The notes below the pieces were generated by a model. That model searched no databases, was not told the DNA's origin, and was given only the letters and a program-made list of their open reading frames with translations. From positions 186,001 to 250,000 of the forward strand of contig JAQGDQ010000244.1 of NCBI GenBank assembly GCA_030141605.1: DNA of 64,000 nucleotides, in the 5' to 3' direction. Shown piece by piece: positions 42,079-54,000 of this stretch. The number at the start of each line of letters is the position of its first letter. Position 1 is the stretch's first letter. Made by a program: the position numbers and the translations under genes. This stretch comes from Tubiluchus corallicola (Eukaryota; Animalia; Priapulida).

Positions 42079-45000
42079 ATGGTAGGACATTCACAGTGTG
42101 CCATCAACGGATGTAGCAACAAGCGGTTGTCTAGCAAAGTTTATCGGAATACACAGAAGATAAAGAAATTTTTCAAATTTGACGAGAGCATTGTTTGTCA
42201 GTGGTCTGCTGCTAAGAAACGAATTATAAAAAAGCATTTGTTGGAACAACTTAAAAACAAAGTCTGCCAGTCAGTATTAATTTGCAGTGAACATTTTTCC
42301 AGTGATTGCTTTTCTTACTCGCCCACCAGAAGATGCATTCTGAAAAAAGGATCTCAACCTACAAAAAACTTACGTCTGTCTGATAAATTGTCAATTGATA
42401 GTCCTACAGTTCCTCGACTTTCTGTAAGGAGTTCTACGAAATTACAGTTTGACCAGATAATTTTAAATCAGCCAATAGTTCGAGTGAAAGATATACTCAG
42501 TTCTTCTCTGAAACGACTTCCTAGTCACCCACTTAAAACTCCGGCAGAGGCTACAAATAAAAAACAGACGTTGGCCTCAAGCACTTCTGCAGATACGCGA
42601 GTTCACTTATATGCAACAAGACCAAATCGACAACTTCTGATAAGTAAACTTGGGGAAAAGGAAAGACAAAAGAGTGGTTGTGAGAAACCAAAACCTTTTG
42701 CACGGAAGGGTACTAATAGTGATCACACTCCTGAATTAACAAAAAAGCTAAAACCAACTGTTGAGTTGGTGAAATCGTCTGCGACTAATGCGACAAATTT
42801 ATTTTCTGACGATCAGGTTTTGGTACGCTTAAAAGAAGTCAGAGTTTTGCTGAAACGTGTTAGTGCTGCTCAGATTGACAAACGTGAGACCAAACTTTTG
42901 AGCAGTCAGTGTAAAACACCTAGTTTTTCTAGACAAAAATCTGACCAAGAAATTATAGCCAACAGAACTGCTGCGAAAAAGTTCAGTGTTTCACAAAACA
43001 GAACAGTGAAAATTCAATTTGCCAGAAATTGGAGGCAAAAACTTGCATCATATGCTAGAAATAGAGCTGTTGCTGGACAACGAAGACCAGATAGACCTAA
43101 AGTAACAGCAGTTGCTGAGCAACCGGGTCCAGATAGAACTAAATTAACAGCAGTTAGTGAAGGACAAGGAGCAGGTAGACGTAAAGTAACAACAGTTGCT
43201 GAACAACGAGGACGCGGTAGACCTAAAGTAACAACAGTTGCTGAACAACGAGGACGCGGTAGACCTAAACTAACAGTTAAGCAACGACTAAGAAAGAAAC
43301 TTGGACTTCCTTTAAGCGGAAGCTCTTTTTACAATGACCGTCCTGTTACAAGTGTACATCGAGCACAAAAGTCACAGGTAGACAAGGCTGACAGTGCATC
43401 CAAAGCCACTGAGAAAGATAAAGGGGTTCACACTAACGACCGTAAACGTAGCAAACTGTGCGTGCCAAAAGAGCTACTTTCTACAGATGCATATCGTTAT
43501 CATAGTCAAAGTCTTAATGCTGGTTTAACGTTATACAGTTGCAACGATCCAGACGAGACATTTGGAAAGTTAAATTGCACTGATCTTATTGATTTTGAAG
43601 CTGAAGGGCCTTATAGTCGTACTACTCAAAGTCAGAGCAAAAGCGTATCTGCTGAAGCATCAACTGACAGTGGTGACGACAGTCAGACATTAGCAAGTTG
43701 GCTAGATAATGAAGCTCTTCTCTCTCAACTCATTGCTAAGATCACTCATGAGACTGGAGCTTTGAATGCTGTCTCTGCTGGATACCAGGATGAGTATCAG
43801 CTGCCTCTTGTAACAGCCCCTGTTTTACAGCCTAATAACATTCAACCTGTATTTTTCTATTCAGCAAACTGTGAAACTGCCAATAATTTATTTCCAAGCA
43901 ACAAAGGCCTAACTGGCTGTGAGACATTCACCACTAGTTCGGCTGAATTTGGAGCAGCCAGAGCAAGTGTAATCAGTGCGGAGAAACCTTCCAGTCAGGG
44001 TGAACTTTCTTTCGCGCTACAAAATTTTGCTCAGAGTGTAGCAGACATATTGCCGCAAGTATCTGTACCCTGCGACCAACTTACAAGATCGACTGATCAA
44101 GAACAGGTGCAGCATCAAGGAGTTTCATCAAGCAGTACTTTGCCAGAAGAAGCAACAGCACAGGTGACTAACGAAAGTGCAACTGCGACAAGTAAACCAC
44201 AGCCATCAGAAGAAGTTGTAGACCCATCCCTGGCTTGTACTGAAGTCGTAACCTTAGACTCGGGTATGTGTCACACGTATTTAAGTTGCCAGAAGCTATA
44301 AAATAAAGGCATCAATTGAATAGCTTGAAACAGTTTTTGCTATTTAAATAACAACAAATCTACTGTATAACGAGCTCAGATTATTTGTAATTTAGTCTTC
44401 GAATTTTGATTTTTTAACTATCTAATGCTTTAGTCTTATGCAGTCAACATCTTTATTTTGTAGCTTTGAACAACTCAAATTCAATTAGTTTTACTTTTTT
44501 AAATAATCTTCATGATGTTTCATAATTGGTGTTGTTTGTTACTTCATTTATATGTGCACCTTCCCTAAATTACAAATCATAAAAACTGCAAATTCATGAA
44601 AACATTCCTCATTAACTTGTACATCCAACAACGCTAAAATCTAAGATCTTGCTGGTCACTAGTGGTCAATGGCCAAAACGATGTGTGATTTACAGTCACA
44701 GACTGTTATACTCTCATGATTAAATACATCTTTTGTGGTTAAGTGATTCAGAAAATATTTTTGTGCATTTTATGGTCAAAATTTGCTAAGGTATTATCTC
44801 TCTACTATTTCTTAACACAAATTATATACACCTAGTCCCTACTAACTACAACTTAAGTGCGTTCATTATGGTACATGTTTACAATTTTTAGTTGCTCGTT
44901 CCGTAAACACTACAGAAAGAGTAGGGTCACCTAATAAAAAAATCTCTTTAAGATTGGTCACTAATTTCTCACATCAGCATTGTCATTTGGTAGGTCACTT

Positions 45001-48000
45001 CAATTTCAAATGATGCATTCATGTCTATTGCGATTTCGCAGATAATTTCTGAACACTCGCCCGTAATTTAGAGTGATTTTTACAGTTTTCCTTACAGTTC
45101 TATGATTTTTATACTATTCTTTCACACATGGGCATTAAGGTGAAGGTGATACTTTGCTCACAGGTTGGTTTTGTAACGTGCTTGGTTTACTGGGTATGTG
45201 AAAGGGTTATTAGCAAAAACTGTGCGGTGGTTATTAAAAAAATTACTACCTTTCATTGCTTTGCAGATTCTGATTCGGAAGTTATCGTTCTTGACGAGGA
45301 AGTCGTAACAGCTTCTACAAAGAAAGTAACCAGTCGAGACGTTAACACGCCTACCGTTGTTACTGGCAGCAACACTGTTGCTGCCGTTCGTGCAGATACT
45401 GATACTGTAAACGTTAACCCTGTTGCTTCAAATACTAGCGCAGAGGTTACTGTTATAAGTGTTGACGAACCAGCTGCTGTTCGTCTAAGTGCTGATGCAG
45501 ACATTACCGTTATTGTAACTAGCAGCGAAACAACTACTACCGGCCACAAAAGCCAAGAGCACGTTTTTAAGAAACCAGCAGTTCCTACTAGTTCAATTTA
45601 TTGCCAGGGCGAAGTTACTAGCACAGAAGAAATGCCTCGCCGTCAGGTGCAACCAAAACGCTATGTTGAGTCTACCTCTTCAGAGAGCGAGAATTCGACA
45701 AATGAGTCGCTTGTGGACTCTGAAGACGAATGGACACCAAACAAAAAGGTAAGCAGAAGATGCTGCATTAATACATCAACTTGATTGTCAAAGTGCGATT
45801 GTATGTCAAATAATAATTAAAGGAAGACAGGTTGATTTTTCATATCCTATTCCATTTTGAAATACCGTAAAAAGTGTACATTTTACACCTGCATTAATGC
45901 CAAAGCGTTTCTGATAATTAAATAATAGCTTACATACTTAATCAACGGCCGGAGAGCGCATTTAGTGATGACGTAGTGCTTGAACGTATACTTTTATAAC
46001 ACTCGCATTCCATGGTGTGATGAGCGTGTTTGCGAAAGAACGCGTTTCCGAGACCCTGCCGATGGCGTCCATCTAACTACGGAAAGGTGTAATGCATGTA
46101 ACAGCGAAGAACTAACTGCAAATGCGAAATTGTGTTTCTGTGACAATAATTTCTTGGTAAAAGTTATTCTTAAAAATGCACCCTTTCATTATTTTATGGA
46201 TTAGATGGTTTTGAGCTATAGTTTAAGATTGGGTCTGGTTTTTCCTTTACTCCTTCGGGACCGCACCTTTAAAAAAACTAAGTCTTATAAGGCTTATGAC
46301 TTTTCTGTTACTGTATGAGCACAGACATAACTAAATGTTTACAAATTTGGTACTTCTTACCCAGGAGAATCTTTGCTATCCAATCATGCTATTTGTTTAA
46401 ACATTTTCAAGTGATTCAATTGAATAAAATTAAGAAAAACACGCCCTCTTCAGACATTCCAACGTAGCCTATTGAGTAGCTTAGTCTGGTGTACTCCTGC
46501 GTGATCGTACACACTATTTTATTGATTGCCTGCTGAGTACAGCCTAAAAAAATCGTCTGCTGTATAGAGTTCCAGGAGAAACCAACTGGTCAGTCAAGGA
46601 GAAATTAAAGTCGTTTCATCTTTTAACAGGATTTAACAGGCCAAAGTCTATCAGAGTGTTGTGTCTGGATAGTTGAAATTTTCTGCATTAGCCAATTTCA
46701 CACAAGTAATACTGTATATTCTTACAGTCAAAATACTGCAATTACTAAAGTTTTTTTCATTTTTTTGTCAAGAATTGATTTTTAATTTGTCTAAGGTAAG
46801 CAAATGCATTGCATCCATAATTTCGCATGGAGTAGAAACCTACAAAAATCATCAAGTATACATAATCGCTGCGTAGTGAGAGCAGTTTTTCATGAACCCA
46901 TGCAAAATGCAGCAAATGCTTACACTCCTGAAGGAAATAAATGAAAACTTTTTTATCAGCAGAAATGAAACCAAAAATATCTCAGGCGTGCAGGGATGAG
47001 AATTTTCTGCGGATACACGGAATTCCGAGTTTTTGGCAGACCAGTAGTGCCATTTTTGTAAATCGCGTAAATTCGTTGAGAAAATTTTTACGGACCCTGT
47101 ACATTATTTCACAAGCTGACCGCTAGTTTGCAGGCCGTCACTTTGTTTAAGTCACGTACATCAGTGTAACCACGTGTATATCTATAGATAAAAATATAGA
47201 ATCAATTGTACGGAGTTATTTGAGTCAATTGCAGACAGTTTTTATATACTTTTGCATAGGAGCAGCCAGTGCTTAGGTGTTTTTGCGACAGTTAGGCATC
47301 ATGTATCCTTGATAGTTGGGTATTTTAAATTATGCATGAAACAAGATAAGTGATAAGTCCACTTAGATGCTCTCTATGGTCACAAAATTGCAATTTGTTG
47401 CTGGCTCCCAGGGGGCTTTGTCCCTCAACCCCATTGGGGGGGAGGGGGGCTAGGTGGCCCCAAAACCCCCGGCCTGTTTCAGAGTTTTTTGCAATTTGTC
47501 ATTCTCATCCCTGCAGGTGTGTCGAGGCATGAATTGCAGCAGTCCTGTGAACATTTTACATTGCGTAACATAAAATTTTTTCCTGAGACTACCTTTATAG
47601 TTTGCATAATCCTCTACCCACTGTTTATCATCACGTAACCACTAAACATTAACGAGTAAGTGAAGTGAAGGGGGGGTTCATGGATAGGTACTGTGGTACT
47701 GCAGCACCCCCTGTTTTCACTCATTATCGTTAATATTCAATATAACAATCTTTTTTCTTTCTTTGTACTTGTGCGGAACCGGAGTACGTGAGGGAAGTAC
47801 AATTTGCTTCACAGCCCAAGCAACGCCGTCTTTGGCTGCTATGCGAATGCGACTATGCACACATGTCTGAAATAATATCCTGTACTTTATGTAGAAAGAG
47901 TACTGTCGCTCAACGCAGTACGTGTTGTCAGTTGGCACGTGTTTAAAAGCCGTGTGTCGGCATATTCTTGAACTGCGATAATTTAAGCTGTTCGTAAGAA

Positions 48001-51000
48001 AGCAATATTTTTTGTTTGGGAGTTTATCAAGGTTATGTTTAAATTAGATTGTTTGTTTCATTTTATACAGTATGAAAACTATGGCTAAAAATTTTTTAAT
48101 TTTACAACACCCCACTAATTTTAGCTGCAAGCCGCCACAACAAAGTTTTTTAATTTTATGAATATCATTATTGAAAACTTTTGTTGCGTTCAAGACGTAT
48201 TTTGTACAACATAAAAACTAGCTTTTGACACTGCCGTAGAATTAGTTATTTATCTTTTTAGGAAGCGGCTCGTGCAGAAAGTCGTAGACGAACTCAGAGG
48301 CTTCGCAAAACTACTCCGATGCCAGGCACTGAGGTAACTCAAGGTAAAAAACAGCTTGTGCCCGTAGCTCCGACTACAATGGCTTCCACCACTCTTGTTC
48401 TTAAATCACAGAACGTGGACGGAAAGCGCGTCTATTTTGCAGAGCAGGTAGACAGCAGACCAAAACCTGCGAAACAGCGAGACGAAGACGTGGAAGTCAT
48501 CGATGAATGCAGTTCTACAGTTAGCATTGCGAAGCGACCGCGTTTGTCGCCAAAGACCAAAATCGTGTACGAGGTTGACCTAGATATGGAGTGCGAAGAA
48601 GAGGACTTAACAGAGGCGCAGCGTCTGGCTAATGCTGAAGCACAACAAAAGTACAAGGAAGCCATGGAGCAGATCAGCAATGCGAGTGTGACGTCTGCAC
48701 CTGTTGGGCTCACAAATATTGCTCCCGTCCCAAGTCGGGTAAAGTTCTATGAATTTTGTACAGTCGTCTTCCGTTGCATACTTATTTTCAACGGTTTATT
48801 TCCAACAAATTCATAAAATGTAGGTGGAAGTATGATGTTGTATTTATGGCGACTTGTTTTTTTTTCAGAATGTGAGGCCTACGACAAGTATTGTGTCAGG
48901 TGTGAGTAATGGTCAGGTATGCTCTGCTGTTGCTTCCGATCACTTATCATCTAGTGGGATAACTTTAAGTTACTTTAAAACTTTGAAGATCAAATACAGC
49001 ATGCTTTATGAAATTACTGTTTTACACAAAAACAGGAAGAAAATACTCTTAACTAAAATTTTCTGATGCTTTTAACTAAGAGGAAATCTGGCGTGAAGGT
49101 GTCATTTCTTGGCTGCAACTTGATTTCGCCCTTTTTACTCGTCAGATGACGTCAGTGAAATACACGCCTTACTTATGACGACAATTGCGTTTGATGACTG
49201 CGTGTCACATTTCACTGTGTAGCATTGTTTACAAATTCAATGTCACAGAAATGACCTAGTATCCAAGGAAACCGTTGCTAGCTTATCAGTTTGGCCTGCG
49301 ATTTTCCAAAGTTTCGCTAACAAAACCTTACAAAATGGTTTGGGAAAAAATGATCCAGTATCCAAGGAAACCGTTGCTAGCACATCAGTTTGGCCTGCGA
49401 TTTTCCAAAGTTTCACTAACAAAACCTTACAAAATGGTTTGGGAAAAATCACCCAGTATCCAAGGAAACTGTTGCTAGCACATCAGTTTGGCCTGCGATT
49501 TTCCAAAGTTTCACTAACAAAACCTTACAAAATGGTTTGGGAAAAATCACCCAGTATCCAAAGAAACTGTTGCTAGCACATCAGTTTGGCCTGAGATTTT
49601 CCAAAGTTTCACTAACAAAACCCTACTAAATGGTTTGGGAAAATGGCCCAGTATCCAAGGAAACTGTTGCTAGCACATCAGTTTGGCCTGCGATTTTCCA
49701 AAGTTGCACTATCAAAACCTTACAAAACGGTTTGGGAAAAATGCAACTCCAAGGCCCAATTTCGTTAGGAAGAAAGTCATAAAATTTAATAAAATTAGGT
49801 TCAAATTTAATGAAAGAAAACCTGTTTTTATGTTAAGTTTGACCTTTGTGCTCGAGTTAAATAATCAGTGTTTGAAAATCATGTTTGTTTAAGCTAATGG
49901 TGAACATGCTTAACAGTTTAGTTTTGTAACTGTCTTACTAGATGGGAAGCACGGTCCTGACTCCTACTGTATGCACCACTAGAAGCTATACACCAAGTCG
50001 AAGCCGCTTTAATAATCCAAAATTTGTGAGGAAGAATGTTTCATATTCATTAAGGTAACGTTTCTTTGCTGCTTTTGCGAGTTTTGCTAATAAACTCTTT
50101 ATTAAGTTATTGATCAATGTGATTAGGCTTTTTTCTTTAGCTAATTAGGTAGTGATTAAAGATAGATATTTTTTATTTTGATTAGGTTTAAAAATGTTGT
50201 TGTGGGATACGCAAGGCGGTACGATGTTCCTAGTGCTTCCAATGCATTCTCTCTTCCTCAGGATCTCATTCGGGAGTGGATGATTCTGGAAAAGAAGGGT
50301 CAACTAGAGGACGATCCTCCTGTCGGTAATTGCATTTGTTTGCTAGTGCAACTCGGGAGTTGAAGATGCAATCTTTGCTCCTGTATGATATCTTGTAAAA
50401 TATTAAAAGCTTTTAGGTTCAGAAATTGTGTTATTGTGTACAAACTAATTCAGCCTGAATAACTTTTAGACGGTGTTGAACCTTCTATGAACATTCCGCT
50501 AGTTGTTCCCGCTGCTCCCGTACCTGCTCCCTCGTCGGGGAGGCCCGTTCAAGCGAAGCATGACTGGTAAGTCGTGAATTGCACTAACTTTAGTGAATTC
50601 TATGTTTAATGTCACTTTATTTTGACGCTTTAATGTAGTTCAAAGCTGCTGACATCTTGTAATTTCTAGAATCTTTGACACGATAACATTCACTATAGCG
50701 CTTGAGTGTTTCAAAATAGGTGGCAAAGCATATCTTAAGCACTTTGTAATTTTGCCTAATCGTCAGTGTAGTTTTAGCATAATTTTAGTCAATTGGCATT
50801 TTAGTTTTACAGCGGTATTAAAGTTCTGCCTATGTAGGGCGACAACGTATAAGGCACAAGAAAACCCTCCACTTACATAAAGCTTAAAAATTCGTCTTGA
50901 AATTTTATGCCACTTACGTATTAGTTATGATATTAGAAAAAAGCAATAAAGATTAGCTGATTAATGAAATTGATTTAAAGCTTAATAATTAATTATTGCA

Positions 51001-54000
51001 TAATCAGCACTAATGCAGTTTTGTTTTATAATCTGAGGCTAGACTGATATTAATTGATAAGCTCGTTAGTAATGATAATACCACAAATTTAAGATGTTTA
51101 ATTAACAGAGCTGTAGTTTGTCAAAACTATGTTGCCTGACTAGATTATACAAACGAATATGATCAGGAAATTATGACATTTCATAAATTCATAGCCACAT
51201 CAACAGTCGTGCCAGTATGCAGCTTTCTTTAATTATCAATCTTTCGTGGCTTAGTAAATTCACCTACGTTATAGCATTCTAGTTTTGGTTTGTATTTGGA
51301 ATAGTTGAGGTACATTCCCGTTACACGCAAGTGTGTTCTACATTACAGTTACTGATGGTTTGTATAGAATGAATAATTGTACGTAAAACAATAAATACGT
51401 TTTTAGTTGTAACATGTAAGTTAATATAATAAGCTTGTCTTACAACCTCAAGAGATTAATAAAAATTAATTTACTGAATGTTTTGGGTGCCAGTATAATT
51501 TGATACTCTGTTCTCTAAATTGTACAAACCATCCAGGTAAATATATTTTGTGATTCGGTCTAGTAAAATGGCATTGTTTTTTTTCATGATCGGTGGATGC
51601 TGCAGGCAAAAAGATGCAAAAGTCTGGTGAGTATTGAATTTTCTCTTCTGATTTAGGAAATGATTGACATATCTGCTTTCTTTGATGTTTTTAAGTGATT
51701 TGCTAAATACGTAAACTATTTAAATAAAAAATAACTAATGGTGACATTATAGGCTGCACAGTCTCACAAATAATATTGGTCATTTAGGCCCGTGTCTGAC
51801 AGAGCTGGACATAATCCATACGGTATCAGCCGTGCGAAGAAAAAGCCGCCTTTTCAAATTGAATTTATGCTATCCAATGGTCCCAGACACACGGATAATT
51901 CAATTGCCATCTTCTGCCTGCCGTAAGCCGTCAGCCATAATTCTCACTAGGCTCTTCATAAGCCGTCTTGAGCGGTTCATACGGCGCCTTATGGCGAAAC
52001 GAATTTGGCCATTAATTTCATTTGCCATAAGACATTTTTGGTCATCGCTAATATGAAAATAGGTGTAATTAAGCTCTTTTCTATACAAAATTTATTTATA
52101 TACCCTAACACCTGCACCATTGATTGCATTATGGTCGCACATGTAATGCTTCTGAGTGTAGTGCAAGCAACAATTTATGTAGATATCATGTCATGTCATT
52201 TTATATGAAATTAATATAATTATATAATCCTATGTATACCATGTTATCATGACGTGTTTTGCTATATTGTATTATTGTTTGGTGTTTTTGCAATAAAATA
52301 AAAAATATCATAAGAATTGATATCATCGATGTAGTATACTGATTAAAAAACATTTTTAATGTGCAATACTTATTTACAATTGCCATATTACTGCAGTGCA
52401 CATGGGAATTGTATACTAAATGCAAGAGGTAGGATACCAGTCGATCATACTATGCAGCATGTATGCAGCTGACAATCTGTTATACCATGATGAGTAAAAT
52501 TATATTAAACTATAGTATTTATTACTAGCAAAGGTCCGCAAAAATTTTTTCATATAAGCACAGTTATAATCAATAATACGTGACCATACTACATAGTCCT
52601 CATTTATAACGCATTTACTGAATTAAAGTTATAAGGTTATACGCAGAGTATAATGGATGATGTCACAACAATTGTGTTGCGTCAGCAGTTTTACAAGCGA
52701 AAATTGCCAAAAATGGAACATCTAATTAACTCGTCGCCACTCTCCTTGGTGGACGTGTCCTAAAATATGGTCCACACCATCGTGTAGCCTTGTTCTTCCT
52801 CTTTCTAAAAAGCTATATGTCTCCTTCCAAGAGTGCCATTGAACGCCGCTAGAATGTTTTTTCTGCAGGCTGTTTGGCCAAAATTTCGAAAAACTTGGGA
52901 GTTGGGTCTGGGAAAATGCCCGTAGCCGGCATTGATGGCCCTCTCGTGAAATCTAAATATGACTATAACACCCACCGTTGAACGGGCTATTCAACCATTA
53001 CGGGCACCACTCCCGACGCGTTCTCGTTCTCTAGAAATCAGAGGTATAAATTTTGCAATTTCTTACGAAAAATGCCCATTTTTGGAGGTTTTTTGCCCCC
53101 TGTTCCTTCCGGACTCGATTCTAAAAATAAAACTCCAATGGCAAATCTGTTTGTCCGGACCTTTCATTTGATGTATAGATCGTCGAGAATGGTGCCATCG
53201 TTGGAGCTGTAGCCTCGTCCGTTATATATATATACCAACAAAATATATATACGATATTAAAATATAGTAGTTTCTTGCCTCCCGCCAAAAAACGGATTAC
53301 GACATGCTCCTTATGGAAGATGAAAGATGCCTTAATGTCTTACAGATTATAGATTATGGCTTGCTTTTTACAGCTGTTCCTATGGTGACACAGGCCTTAT
53401 AGTCTTATTGTGGTTACTATATATTATTTAATATGTCTGCAGTATTAATATGTTTTAATTTTTCTTTCATATTCGTACGGCACGCAGGGAGAAAGAATCC
53501 ACCTACTGGTAAGCTGTGTTAAATAGAAAGTGGCTAATTTATTATAATAATAACGAACACAAATAAACACTACTTACTTACTTTTTCCACTAGCTACTAT
53601 TGCAGTCTACTTACTTTACCCACAGTACGATCTTGTCTACGTTTATAAGTTTTAGTCTATCTCGATTATATCAGTAATGCAATATTTATGAACTTGGATT
53701 GAGTTCATTTTGTTGTCTGGCTTGCCGACTTTTAGCCATTTAAACATTGCAATTTATAATTACAGTACATGTCTGTCTTTGTGTGACAACTTTCATTTGG
53801 TGACAATCCGGCTAAATAAAGTATAGTTCTTTTTTTCACTTAAGTAAAAATTGTTTTAACATGGATTTTTGTCACAAGTTTCCTTGAAAAATTGTTTGTT
53901 TCATTGGTGTTTTATAAAAGGAAGTATCAATTGAAGTTTACATTACTTTGTAACACTGATTAGCTTATTGTTTGCCTACTTATAGGTAAACTTTAAGAAT

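Noticed and set aside
51750-53550. Possible Helitron/DINE-like and other repeat relics in the long intron
   Set aside because: The composition is repeat-like, but I could not define termini, TSDs or a second copy in the window.
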